Assembly (NCBI RefSeq): GCF_965240435.1
Contig: NZ_CBDEKO010000003.1
Reading direction: 5' to 3' (one strand)
Origin: Moorena producens
Lineage (GTDB): Bacteria > Cyanobacteriota > Cyanobacteriia > Cyanobacteriales > Coleofasciculaceae
Length of the DNA: 64,000 nt
The first letter of the stretch is position 1. Each line of letters opens with the position of its first letter. The notes under the pieces were generated by a model. The model was not told the origin of the DNA, searched no databases, and saw nothing but the letters and a program-made list of their open reading frames with translations. Below, piece after piece: positions 54,271 through 64,000 of this stretch. Made by a program: the position numbers and the translations under genes.

Positions 54271-57200
54271 TCAACCCTTGCTACCACAATATCTAGGAAT
54301 ATACCAATTACTCTTAGGTGTAACATTATTCGGTTCAGCCGTCAGGATAATCGTACCATCCTCCCCAACAGTCCAACCCTGAGCTTCCACAATTTTCTTC
54401 GGACGAGAAGGAGTAGGAGTAGAGGCAGTCCGGCGTTTCCCTCTCATCGGCAAGTAACTGACCTCAGGGGTAGGAGTAGACGTAGCTTCTTCGATGTTCT
54501 CTTCTTCAGTATCAAGGGTGATCCAATCTACCAGTACAGACTGTTGATTGATTGGGTCTAGGGGACTCGGGGGTAAGCCACCTCGTCCAGTAACAATGAA
54601 TTCACCCAGTTCATCTACAGCTACTTTTCCACTCCTGGGACAGTTGGCAACAATTAATGCTGAAGGGTCAACTACTGATGTTGGTAAGTTTTCAGGATCC
54701 TGTGCTGAGTTGGTAATATCCCTGGTCACAGGCCCAGATTGACCGCTGCTAAAGCTAATAGCTGCTATTTCACTATCATTATTCTCAAAAGCAAGGGATT
54801 CGATTATCTTTCCAGATGAGTCTGTAAACGCACTGGTATCTTCCAGTACTTTCATATTGAATAAGCCCTCGAGGGTGATGTCGATTCTTCCACCATCCCC
54901 TTTCTGAGCATTAGCAAATATATCGCTACCTTTCTCATCATTAGTTAAAGGCAGCGCTAGTAATACTCCACCAGAAATATCGATATTTCCACCATCGACC
55001 CCATTTCCTGTAGCGCTAGCCAAAATTAGGCTGTTGTTATCGAGTATGATCACTCCTGGTACATTGATATCGATAGTTGCTGCATCTTTGTCTTCGGTTT
55101 TTTGTCCAGTAGCAGCTATAAGTTGGCCGTTGTCTAGGGTTAGAGAATCAGCCTTAATGGTCAGTTTGCCAGCTACTCCTAGCTCGCTCTCACCCACATC
55201 GGTTTCTGGAAAACCATTCTGAGTTAATGGTACAGCGCTTACTGATATTTTGGCTCCATCTTCCACAGTTAGGTTTTCGGTTGTTACTGTCAAGTCTCCT
55301 GCCTCGCTACCTCCGCTGGCTGCCACCGAAATCCTGCTGTCAGGGTCATCATCAAAGATCACAAGGACTTCATTGGATATGTTCAGTTTGATAACGTTTA
55401 TTCGTTCTTCTATGTCTTGGATTTTTGTCTCTATTTCTTCTATGTCTTCTTCCAGTTTTTTGATATTTGCTTCCGTTAGTTGATTCTGGGTTTCCTGGAG
55501 TTCATCCAGCTTTTTGATTAGTTTACGGTTTTCTCTGTTTAGTTTATTATTTTCGTTATCCAGTTGCCGCTTTTGTGATTCCAGAATATTATTGATAATA
55601 ACAATACGTTGCGAGGAAGAGTCGGGAGCACTACCACTAACAATAACTTGCTCTGAAGCATTAATCGTAATGGTGCCAGCATTGCCAGGATCTCCACCCT
55701 CATCATTTAAGGGTTTAGTCTTAATTTCTCCCCCTTCCGTGATGCCTACTATCTCGACGGGATTACTATTTAAGGCAGTAGAAATAATTTTCCCCCCTTC
55801 AGTGACCTTTACTTCCTTAGCATTGATTGTGATTTCACCGCCTTGAAATTTACCGATGCTGCGAGTGCTTATAAAGGAATCATTGGATACGGTTAATTTA
55901 CCAGTTGTGATATTTATCTTTCCTCCCCGAGGCTCGTTTTCAGCAACACTCTCAGCTCCTAGTCGAGTTTCGGTAACTATGCGATTGGCGTTTTTTCCAT
56001 AAATTTCCACAAAATCGGTAGCATTGACTGTAATATTACCTGCTGGGAGTTTGCCCTGAGTAAAAGCTTCTAATTTACCTCCATTTTTAAGGGATAGAGA
56101 GCGGGCTGTAATGGTAATGTTGCCAACCCCTCCTGGGGTGTTTTTCGCTGTTTCTGGGTTTCCCGCTCCAGCATTTACTACAGCTTGGATGTCGCTGTTG
56201 TTAAGCTCAATCTTATCCTTAGCCATTATCTCAATATTTCCAGGATTTCCCTTAGTGTTCGGCCTAGCCTCAGTACTGATAATGCTTCTGTTGCTTAAGG
56301 AAAGTGAACCAGCTTCAATTATTATGTCGTTACCATTACCTGTAGATCCCTTTTGGGATTGTGCTTCAATTTGGGCTCGGTCTGTCATGATGAAGTCTCC
56401 TTCCACTATGATTGTGATCTTGCCCGCCTTTCCATCTCCTTCTGTATTAGTATTTATACCATCAGAACCTGATCTATTAGGTCCAATCATCGTCAGTGAC
56501 CCAACACGGATGTCTATCGGACCGCCGTCACCGGTAGCTCCTGCTTCAGTCTTAGCCGTAATTTCGACTAGACCTCTCTTAGATTTAGGATTGCTCGGAT
56601 TACGAGAATCAAGCAATAAGGAATCAGCTTGGACCTCAATACCCCCGCTCGATCCTTGAGAGCCTTTTTTAGTGATACTCTCAATTTTGCTGCCGAATTT
56701 AACCTCAACTGCTCCCCCAGCCAAGATCGTAACTTTTCCCCCGGTTCCCTTACCGCTATTTTGGCTCTTAATTCTGCTGTTATCAGCCAGGGTAACATTG
56801 CCATTGACCTTTAATGAAATATTCCCGACACTGCCATTTGTTTTGGAATTACGTTGTTCTGTTTTAATGGTACCCTGCCTTTTCAGGAGTACATCCCCAG
56901 TCACATCGATGGTAATGCTTCCGCTATCACCATCTCCCCCTGTTATTGCCGAAATTCCCGGGTTTTGTCTCCTAGATTCGATCACTAGGGAGCCAGTAGT
57001 AATTTGAATGCTTCCTCCTGGTCCACCTTTTAGTTCACCTTTTTTGTCATCAGTTGTTAAGGTAAAGATTCCATGCTGATTTCCCTGATTAGAAGCAATA
57101 ATCGAAACTGAGTCATCAGCGGTGATGATAATATCACCCCCTTTCTGACCATTTCCCTTAGTTGTGGTCAAGATTCCCTGTTCTCTTCGAGCCGTCTCTA

Positions 57201-58281
57201 CTGTCAACGAGCCAGTATCGATAGTAATTTTTCCGCCTTCTCCACCTTCTTGCTCTGTTGTAGTAAAGATTCCCTGGCGTTTTTCTCTAGCAGTAGACTT
57301 AATTAATACTGAGTTATCAGCACTTATAATAATATCACCACTTTGATGACCATTATTCTCAGTTTTAGTAAAAATTCCCCGGTCTTTCTTATTTTCCGAG
57401 TTTTCTACTTCCAAAGACTCAGCAATAATCCTAATCTCACCACCATCAACCTTGCTATCTTTTGCTACGAAAGTTTCTATAGCGCTATTGGTGATTAAAA
57501 CATTCCCTTTCTTGACAGCATCAGGAAAATCTAAACCCAGCTTGTTACCGTCTCTAGTCAATGCTACTTGTCCTGGTGCGCCCAATCCGGCTAACAGAAT
57601 ATTCCCACCTTGATTGGTGCTAATCTTACTATCTTTAACCTCAACATCACCACCAAGTAACAATAGGTTATTAACCGCCAGCTTCTCTAACTTGGCTTTA
57701 CTAGTGTTAATATCACCCGGAATTTGATTAAAGAAAAACACATTAGGATTAACTCTCAACAATGGCGACGGAGGCTCAGGATTAGAGGCACTAAACACTC
57801 CTTGATTCCCAAACCCAATCCCATCAGCAGTAGTGCCCACAAATGAACCGGATACATCCAGCTTGGCTTTATCCCCAAAGAAAATCCCATTGGGATTAAT
57901 CAAGAACAAATTTGCTCCACCATCGACACCCAAGGTTCCTAAAATATTGGAGGGATTCGCACCAGTTACCCGAGAAATAATATTTTCAATCCCAGCTGGA
58001 TTAGCAAAATAAACTCTTTGTCCATCTGTAACATTAAATTCTAAAAAGCTATGGAACAAGTTGATATCTCGGATTGCTCCTCCTTTAATTAAATCAACAA
58101 TTTTCCCATTTATCTCACCAGAGCCCAGGTCTAGCAAAGACCTTTCGGCTGGTGGTAAAGTAGTATCAGGAGTAATCTGAGCATGAGCTTGGTTTATTGG
58201 AAATGCGTACGCTCCACTAATCCCTAAACATAGCGCTAAACCTAACTGAGTGTTATACCGTTTCAAGACATCTAATGCCAT
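54271..58281 (-). CDS. Filamentous-hemagglutinin-family exoprotein (TPS N-terminal secretion domain plus a long beta-helical repeat shaft with an internal coiled-coil segment)
   Basis: 1336 aa. Signal peptide (AYAFPINQAHAQ). TPS domain (INLFHSF..FNV...NIISRVTGANPSNILGTLGVDGGANLFLINPNGIFFG). G/N/T-rich repeats. A ~90-aa charged coiled coil (QKRQLDNENNKLNRENRKLIKKLDELQE...). Cysteine-containing C-terminal region. Confidence 0.85.
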   Translation of the reverse strand: MALDVLKRYNTQLGLALCLGISGAYAFPINQAHAQITPDTTLPPAERSLLDLGSGEINGKIVDLIKGGAIRDINLFHSFLEFNVTDGQRVYFANPAGIENIISRVTGANPSNILGTLGVDGGANLFLINPNGIFFGDKAKLDVSGSFVGTTADGIGFGNQGVFSASNPEPPSPLLRVNPNVFFFNQIPGDINTSKAKLEKLAVNNLLLLGGDVEVKDSKISTNQGGNILLAGLGAPGQVALTRDGNKLGLDFPDAVKKGNVLITNSAIETFVAKDSKVDGGEIRIIAESLEVENSENKKDRGIFTKTENNGHQSGDIIISADNSVLIKSTAREKRQGIFTTTEQEGGEGGKITIDTGSLTVETARREQGILTTTKGNGQKGGDIIITADDSVSIIASNQGNQHGIFTLTTDDKKGELKGGPGGSIQITTGSLVIESRRQNPGISAITGGDGDSGSITIDVTGDVLLKRQGTIKTEQRNSKTNGSVGNISLKVNGNVTLADNSRIKSQNSGKGTGGKVTILAGGAVEVKFGSKIESITKKGSQGSSGGIEVQADSLLLDSRNPSNPKSKRGLVEITAKTEAGATGDGGPIDIRVGSLTMIGPNRSGSDGINTNTEGDGKAGKITIIVEGDFIMTDRAQIEAQSQKGSTGNGNDIIIEAGSLSLSNRSIISTEARPNTKGNPGNIEIMAKDKIELNNSDIQAVVNAGAGNPETAKNTPGGVGNITITARSLSLKNGGKLEAFTQGKLPAGNITVNATDFVEIYGKNANRIVTETRLGAESVAENEPRGGKINITTGKLTVSNDSFISTRSIGKFQGGEITINAKEVKVTEGGKIISTALNSNPVEIVGITEGGEIKTKPLNDEGGDPGNAGTITINASEQVIVSGSAPDSSSQRIVIINNILESQKRQLDNENNKLNRENRKLIKKLDELQETQNQLTEANIKKLEEDIEEIETKIQDIEERINVIKLNISNEVLVIFDDDPDSRISVAASGGSEAGDLTVTTENLTVEDGAKISVSAVPLTQNGFPETDVGESELGVAGKLTIKADSLTLDNGQLIAATGQKTEDKDAATIDINVPGVIILDNNSLILASATGNGVDGGNIDISGGVLLALPLTNDEKGSDIFANAQKGDGGRIDITLEGLFNMKVLEDTSAFTDSSGKIIESLAFENNDSEIAAISFSSGQSGPVTRDITNSAQDPENLPTSVVDPSALIVANCPRSGKVAVDELGEFIVTGRGGLPPSPLDPINQQSVLVDWITLDTEEENIEEATSTPTPEVSYLPMRGKRRTASTPTPSRPKKIVEAQGWTVGEDGTIILTAEPNNVTPKSNWYIPRYCGSKG

Positions 58282-58842
58282 GGCAATGGTTTCTCCTGCT
58301 CCTGGGTCGGGGGATTTTACTTAGGCACTTAAGGTTAATCAATTTCTTGCCATCGATTACGTTAGTATTAATTAACCTAGTTTTGATTAACCTAGTAACA
58401 GCTAATCAGTTTGATTGATAATGGCTTGAGACTGTTATTCTTTGTGGAAAGAATAATTTTAGTTATTATACACCTATAGGTGGCAGCTATTGATGTAAAG
58501 TTTTGTTAATTCAGATTAACTAGGGCTACAGGGAATGCTGATCCAAAGCGCACCTATCCAAAATTGTTGAAATTTTCGATAGTGAATTAATTGGACTGAA
58601 GTTATATAACCTAGCGCTATAGTTAATAGCCGCTTAATAATTAGCGCTATAGTTGCTGAATCAGATGCTTCAACGGAGCAGCTGTGGGATTGACCGTTCG
58701 CACAGCGTTGGGCTTTGCCCGTGCATGTCACGCTACGCGATAGAAAGCAAACGCGATCGCAAACACTCAGTCTCGATACTGTGATCAGTTGTTAGTTGTA
58801 ATAACAACTAATACCCCATAGAGGCGGCAAGCAAGAAAAATA

Positions 58843-59610
58843 ATGATGACTCGTAATTTACTATTAAGTTTGGGAGTGTCAGCACTAGGACTAGCTTTTA
58901 CTCCCTTTGGAGCCAGTGCGTTTACGATTGTTGGTGAGCTCAGTGAAACAGAGTTCCAGAACCTAGCTCCCGAGATATCCCTGTCTGCCGAGAGTCGTTT
59001 TGGATCTGGAACAATAGGAGGAAACACCTTCGAGCTAGATATCCACAAGGTTAACGCTAGTGGTGGTTTTACTAACTTAGATCAGAAAGAATTTAATTGG
59101 GTCAGTGGTGAAGCCGTTGATTTCTTACTGGAGTTCGATGGTATTTCTCAACTTACCTATACCGTTGGTGAGGTGGTTCTTTCGTCTACAGTTACAGAGG
59201 ATAACTTCTCAGATTTGTTTCTACGGACTAGTGCTCGTAAGGATAACAGCAGCATTGTACTGAGCAACTTGATGTTAACCGATAGTGCGATGTCTGCTAG
59301 TCTTCCTGACGCATCCAATGTTTGTAGTAATCCTAATGATTGCGGTTTTTTTGATGCACAGTATTTACACATCAGTAACGTTTTAGGTGCTTTCAGCCTC
59401 ACTGGTCAATCAACTATGACCTGGTCAGAAGAGAATCGGCCCACACAATCTCGACTAGCGTATCAGGTTAAATTAGTGGCTGGTGAGCCCGGAGACAAGC
59501 CCCCTGTTGATGTACCAGAGCCAGCTACGATGTCTGTGTTTTCCCTAGGTGTTATTGGTTTGGTTCTAACTGGTAGTCGTCGCCGCCATCAGCTTGGAGT
59601 TCAGCAATAA
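58843..59610 (+). CDS. PEP-CTERM sorting-domain protein (exosortase substrate)
   Basis: Signal peptide, then C-terminal VPEPATMSVFSLGVIGLVLTGSRRRHQ (PEP motif, TM helix, Arg cluster). Confidence 0.75.
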   Translation: MMTRNLLLSLGVSALGLAFTPFGASAFTIVGELSETEFQNLAPEISLSAESRFGSGTIGGNTFELDIHKVNASGGFTNLDQKEFNWVSGEAVDFLLEFDGISQLTYTVGEVVLSSTVTEDNFSDLFLRTSARKDNSSIVLSNLMLTDSAMSASLPDASNVCSNPNDCGFFDAQYLHISNVLGAFSLTGQSTMTWSEENRPTQSRLAYQVKLVAGEPGDKPPVDVPEPATMSVFSLGVIGLVLTGSRRRHQLGVQQ

Positions 59611-60169
59611 TTTTTTCGATCTTTTTCTTAGCATGATCTTGGCTGTACAACCTAGGAGAGAATGACTTGACAATAGCAATAAAATCCTGCATCAACTCGT
59701 CTTTAGAATTATCCACTTGGTTGACAATTTCTAACTGAATACCTAAACGAGACAGCAGAATCTCCAAGTAATTAATGCCGAATCTACCCAGGCTGTCTTT
59801 ATGCTCTACTAGTAAAATGTCGTAGCCATCAGAATTCAGAAGAGTCGCTAATTGTTGACGATTATCGTTGAGTCCACTTCCTACTTCTTTGATAATTTTG
59901 ACAATCGTGTAACCTTTAGCGATCGCATACTGTTGAAGACGTTGGACTTGAAGCTCAACCTCTGACTTATGCTCAGCAGAGGAGACTCGCCCATAGATAG
60001 CAACTCGTTTGGTGTTTGATGGCTGGGTTTTCTGTTGAGGGAAGTACTCAACGATCACTGAGCCACTTTCAGTTTGGAATGCTGGATGAGGCAACTTACC
60101 TGCCTTCCACCATCTCCAAGCGGTCTGGTAGCTTACTCCCATGTGTTTGGCATAGTCTTTGAGTCGCAT
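59552..60169 (-). CDS. tnpA: IS607-family serine recombinase transposase TnpA (MerR-like HTH plus resolvase catalytic domain), solo
   Basis: N-terminal HTH (YAKHMGVSYQTAWRWWKAG), then VAIYGRVSSAEHKSE with the catalytic Ser. No tnpB partner follows. Its 3' end overlaps the PEP-CTERM gene's 3' end by 59 nt. Confidence 0.75.
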   Translation of the reverse strand: MRLKDYAKHMGVSYQTAWRWWKAGKLPHPAFQTESGSVIVEYFPQQKTQPSNTKRVAIYGRVSSAEHKSEVELQVQRLQQYAIAKGYTIVKIIKEVGSGLNDNRQQLATLLNSDGYDILLVEHKDSLGRFGINYLEILLSRLGIQLEIVNQVDNSKDELMQDFIAIVKSFSPRLYSQDHAKKKIEKIIAELQADGGDDYQLEPNQ

Positions 60170-60870
60170 CTGTGGTAATCACCTCCCTTGTGAGAGATTA
60201 CCACAGATGTTTGCTTATGACTATATTTTATGAATATATGTTTATGACTATACAATCAAGACAAATAGATAGAATCATCAACAGTAGCCAAAATAGTCTG
60301 CCCAATCAGGAAAATTGGCCATGAGTAGAAAACCATTTCAAATCCGCTTTCGATAAGGTACCAATAGAGGGGCGGTCTGGTGCTTTCGATATGGATTTTG
60401 TAGGAGTATGGCTGGTCAGCTCACTGCTGAGAACAGATCCTCTTGGCTTTCATCTGTTCGGTGATGCTTATCTTCCTGTTGGTCTGCCTAGTTACAGGAG
60501 TCGTGTTATTATACACCAATCAGGCTCAGAGTTTAGGGTAGTGGGGTGTGCGGTTACCTTGATTCTCGAGGTGAGATTCGTTACCCTGGCACCGCTTACT
60601 GACTCTAACTAAACCGGAGGGAATGCTTGGCTTCGCTGCACTAAAGCGCTTCGGATTGGCTTAAACATTGGTCTATCTAAAAGCATTTCAAGGATACTGC
60701 TGTGGCCTCCCCTTGTCACTGGATGGCCCTGCACGATCATGGTGCCAACAAGGGGTGAGGTTTTTCCCGAGACTTGAGCAATTTTGCATCTACTTGATAG
60801 ACTGGGGGATCCCATGAGATAATAGTAAATTGTGTTTAATTGTAATATTTGAGTTCTTAGAAAAAAAACT

Positions 60871-61065
60871 ATGGCAAGTAAGAAAGGTGTCCGAATCGTT
60901 ATTACTCTAGAATGTACGGAATGTCGCAGTAACTCCAATAAGCGTTCGGCTGGTGTTTCCCGCTATACCACTAGGAAGAATCGCCGTAACACAACATCAC
61001 GTCTGGAACTGAAGAAATTTTGCCCCCATTGCAACAAGCACACAATTCACAAAGAAATCAAGTAG
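60871..61065 (+). CDS. rpmG: 50S ribosomal protein L33
   Basis: 64 aa with a CxxC...CxxC zinc ribbon, [18 protein letters not shown].... Confidence 0.9.
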   Translation: MASKKGVRIVITLECTECRSNSNKRSAGVSRYTTRKNRRNTTSRLELKKFCPHCNKHTIHKEIK

Positions 61066-61200
61066 ATTTGGTCCTTGGTCATTTGTGAATTGAATTTTTT
61101 AATGGAAAATGGACTATTGACAAAGAACAAGGACCAAAGAACAAATGAGTATAATCAGTAACCAGTAACCCAAATAACCAATAACCAATCATAACCAATC

Positions 61201-61416
61201 ATGACTTACTTTCGTAAACGTCTCTCTCCGATCAAACCCGATGAACCGATCGACTATAAAGATGTTGAGTTGCTGCGCAAGTTTATCACTGAACGGGGAA
61301 AAATCCTACCCCGCCGCATTACTAATCTAACGACTCAACAACAACGAAAGCTAACCACAGCCATTAAGCGAGCAAGGTTCTTGGCTTTGCTACCCTATAT
61401 TAATAAAGAAGGTTAA
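61201..61416 (+). CDS. rpsR: 30S ribosomal protein S18
   Basis: 71 aa, ...[44 protein letters not shown]. It follows rpmG, as in the cyanobacterial and plastid rpl33-rps18 arrangement. Confidence 0.9.
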   Translation: MTYFRKRLSPIKPDEPIDYKDVELLRKFITERGKILPRRITNLTTQQQRKLTTAIKRARFLALLPYINKEG

Positions 61417-61626
61417 GGTGAACAATCACGGTCTTCCTCTGGGATATTTCCCGTGTGAAGAATGAAATATCAAATAAGAAGGATGAAGGATGAAGTATGA
61501 GGGATGAAATGGGGTGATCGATGCCTAAGGAGCGGGATGCAGCAGTGGCCTCACGGGGATTTACCCCACTCGCGCTCTGCATTAAAACATGGTTAACTGA
61601 AAACTTGCGACCCAACCAGGAGTTAC

Positions 61627-61716
61627 ACTGACCACTGACCGCTGAGCACTGACCACTGACCACTGACAAATTCAGACTTCAGACTTCAGACTTCACACTT
61701 CAGAGTTTAGACTTGA
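61627..61716. repeat. Heptamer arrays (CTGACCA x~6, then CAGACTT x~5)
   Basis: Direct reading. Smaller arrays lie at 61145-61200 (TAACCAA) and 61478-61512 (GGATGAA). Confidence 0.9.
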
Positions 61717-61804
61717 CCCCGTCTGCCGAGTTGGGCATCTCAACAACACAGGATAGACTGGGGGGAGGTGGATTTGGTAAACGCTACCCGGGTTATCAGA
61801 ACTG

Positions 61805-63862
61805 GTGGAAAAGGGAACACTAATCGAATTTCGCTTACAAGGAGAACGCCATCTCGCCGTTGTCGATCGTCCAGAAGGCAAGAACCACTTGATTGCTTTG
61901 GATCAACGGGGGAAACTGCACAAGCTCCATCCTCGACAAGTCACCTACGCAGTGGCAGATTCTACTTATAAGCCATCAGAAATACCAGAGTTTCTCGCTC
62001 AAGTACAACCCTATCTAGACCCAGATAGCTTAGAATTAGCCTGGGAATTACTGGTGGAAGAAGGAGAGGCGGTTACCTGTGCTGACATGGCACAGTTATT
62101 ATTTTCTGAGCAAAGTCCACCCCAGTGCTATGCGGCACACTGTATTCTCTTTGAAGACAAAATCTATTTTAAACAAAAAGCACAAATCTATGAACCCCGC
62201 TCCGCTAGCATGGTGGCTGAAATCAAGCATCAACTGGCAGCGGCTCAATCAAAGCACCAGGAACAAGCAGAATTTTTGAAGCGAGTACAACAAAAGCTAG
62301 GGGGTGAGGAAGTAGAGTGGCTTGATAGCGATCGCACTCGCTTTGATGCTCTAGAACGGTTCGTGAGTGAACCAGATAAACCCTCTCGTGCAGTTCAGGA
62401 AACTCTGGAAGCACTAAAACGCCATCAAAACCCAGAAAATGCCTTCGATTTGTTGATAAATCTGGGTTTGTGGCGTCCTCACCAAAAGTACTTGCTGCGT
62501 CATAAAATCCCAACTCAATTTCGTCGTGAGGTACTCGAATTGACCCAGCAATACCTGGCAAATCCTCCTACTGACCCAGATTCAGATCGTTTGGATTTAA
62601 CTCATCTGAAACTCTACACCATAGATGATGAAAGTACCCAAGAAATAGATGATGGGTTGAGTATAGAAGATCTAGAGGATGGCACTCAGCGTCTATGGAT
62701 TCACATCGCTGACCCAACCCGCTTGGTAATGCCAGGGGATAACCTTGACCTAGAAGCACGACGGCGTAGTACCACCATATATCTACCCACAGGCATGATT
62801 CCCATGTTCCCATCGGAACTGGCAACTGGTCCGATGAGTTTAGTTCAAGGTAAAGTCTGTGGGGCACTCAGTTTTGGCGTGATCTTGGATGAAGATGGTG
62901 CCATCTATGACTATCAGATTCACCCCAGCCTGATTAAACCTACCTATCGCCTGACTTATGAAGATGTAGATGAAATGTTGCAGTTAGGGGTACAGGCAGA
63001 AACAGAACTGTTTGCGATCGCTAACTCGGCTGTGCGTCGGCAAAAGTGGCGCAAGTCTCAGGGGGCGATTAGCATCCATATGCCAGAGTCGGTAATCAAG
63101 GTGGGAAATGATGAGCAAATTACCATTGAGGTGTTAGAAGATTCACCATCACGGCAAATGGTGGCAGAAATGATGATTCTGGCAGGTGAAGTGGCTGGAC
63201 GCTATGGTCAACTGCATCAAATTCCCCTACCATTCCGAGGACAACCCCAGCCAGAACTTCCTTCCCAAGAAGAACTACTGCTATTGCCAGCCGGTCCAGT
63301 GCGGTTCTGTGCCATGCGTCGGTGTATGCCTAGAAGTGAAATGAGCATTACCCCAACACGCCACGCTAGTTTGGCTTTGGAAACTTACACCCAGGTAACC
63401 TCTCCGATCCGCCGCTACACTGACTTAATGACTCATTTCCAGCTGAAAGCTCATCTACGGGGTGACCCCCTACCCTTTGAAGCTGAACATTTGCTCGAAA
63501 CGATGCAGAGTGTAACCAGAACAGCTAAGGACGCTAGTGAAGTAGAACGTGATACCAACAAATATTGGGGATTGGAATATTTACGGCGTCACCCAGATCA
63601 GGTTTGGCAAGTATTAGTACTCAGTTGGTGGCGAGAAAACGAGAATAAGGGCAACATTCTCCTAGAAGAGTTAGGTCTAGAATTGCCCATGCGTTTCCAG
63701 CGTTCGGTTCAATTAGGCGATCGCTTACACGTCAAAGTCAGTCACGCTGATCCCCGTAAAGAAGTTATTCATTTTCAAGAACTAGCGAACTCAGAGGCTC
63801 AACTTGCTTTTAACTCAAAGCTAGAAGAGGGCTCAGCTTCTGCTGTGAACAGGTTCGCGTAA
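61805..63862 (+). CDS. rnb: RNB-domain exoribonuclease (RNase II/R family)
   Basis: 685 aa. RNB catalytic block (LYTIDDESTQEIDDGLSIE) and a C-terminal S1-like region. It starts at GTG. Confidence 0.8.
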   Translation: MEKGTLIEFRLQGERHLAVVDRPEGKNHLIALDQRGKLHKLHPRQVTYAVADSTYKPSEIPEFLAQVQPYLDPDSLELAWELLVEEGEAVTCADMAQLLFSEQSPPQCYAAHCILFEDKIYFKQKAQIYEPRSASMVAEIKHQLAAAQSKHQEQAEFLKRVQQKLGGEEVEWLDSDRTRFDALERFVSEPDKPSRAVQETLEALKRHQNPENAFDLLINLGLWRPHQKYLLRHKIPTQFRREVLELTQQYLANPPTDPDSDRLDLTHLKLYTIDDESTQEIDDGLSIEDLEDGTQRLWIHIADPTRLVMPGDNLDLEARRRSTTIYLPTGMIPMFPSELATGPMSLVQGKVCGALSFGVILDEDGAIYDYQIHPSLIKPTYRLTYEDVDEMLQLGVQAETELFAIANSAVRRQKWRKSQGAISIHMPESVIKVGNDEQITIEVLEDSPSRQMVAEMMILAGEVAGRYGQLHQIPLPFRGQPQPELPSQEELLLLPAGPVRFCAMRRCMPRSEMSITPTRHASLALETYTQVTSPIRRYTDLMTHFQLKAHLRGDPLPFEAEHLLETMQSVTRTAKDASEVERDTNKYWGLEYLRRHPDQVWQVLVLSWWRENENKGNILLEELGLELPMRFQRSVQLGDRLHVKVSHADPRKEVIHFQELANSEAQLAFNSKLEEGSASAVNRFA

Positions 63863-64000
63863 ATGCCTTTCCTTGTATAAGGCTTAGATGTCAGCAGTTA
63901 ATGATGTGACGAAACATCATATAGTGTGATTTAACAGTGTAATTTAATAGTGTTATGTAAGTATGTCAACCTACTTACCAGTTGGAAATTCACTTCTACT

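Noticed and set aside
54548-57346. Numerous plus-strand ORFs of 60-180 aa inside the 54271..58281 gene, plus similar antisense ORFs inside 35163..39065 and the kinase genes
   Set aside because: These are antisense to long, well-supported CDSs with strong domain content. Their low-complexity S/P/L-rich translations are typical of antisense frames.
60300-60860. RNase P RNA or tmRNA in the rpmG upstream tract
   Set aside because: It has no GGAAAGTCCGGGCTCC (P4) and no AGGGCAGG...GGGTGAAA blocks for RNase P. It lacks the tRNA-like 3' end (GGTTCGA.TCC...CCA) and any tag peptide ORF for tmRNA.
7309-61716. Possibility that the many short tandem arrays are CRISPR arrays
   Set aside because: Units are 7-15 nt and directly abutting, with no unique spacers and no 28-37-nt repeats. 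No cas genes are present. They are STRR-like microsatellite arrays.

Overview
This window looks like chromosome from a repeat-rich cyanobacterium. Many GCGATCGC (HIP1) octamers and dozens of STRR-like tandem heptamer arrays mark the intergenic DNA. Domain calls below come from motif recognition by eye in the ORF translations, not from alignments or database searches.

Contents in order:
- A decaying methionine-salvage operon on the minus strand (mtnB, mtnX, mtnW, mtnD). mtnB carries an in-frame TGA. mtnD is split by a ~440-bp insert with hairpins at both ends. The RuBisCO-like protein MtnW and the phosphatase MtnX look intact.
- ftsH, then a TPP riboswitch in front of thiC.
- A heme-oxygenase-like-fold protein, cysE, and an LctP-family permease.
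- A two-component island (11.8-32.3 kb). It holds two hybrid kinases, each next to a single-domain response regulator. Further on is a tandem array of five paralogous sensor kinases (A-E). Their sensor domains all differ: Cache-like, HAMP, helical, CHASE, and multi-TM plus PAS. Their catalytic cores are near-identical, and all share an uncharacterised ~60-aa C-terminal module. A PstS-like binding protein sits with kinase B. A promoter/leader module recurs upstream of four of these operons.
- Two IS200/IS605-type elements that carry only tnpB, without tnpA. Both TnpB proteins keep the RuvC D/E/D residues but lack the zinc-finger cysteines.
- Two two-partner-secretion (TPS) exoproteins with filamentous-hemagglutinin N-terminal domains. 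One is fused to TPR repeats and a CHAT protease domain.
- uvrB, an orphan response regulator, an SLC12-like cation-chloride cotransporter, fmt, an OmpA-family protein, and a PEP-CTERM protein running into a solo IS607 tnpA.
- rpmG, rpsR, and an RNB-family exoribonuclease.

No CRISPR array, tRNA or rRNA gene was found.
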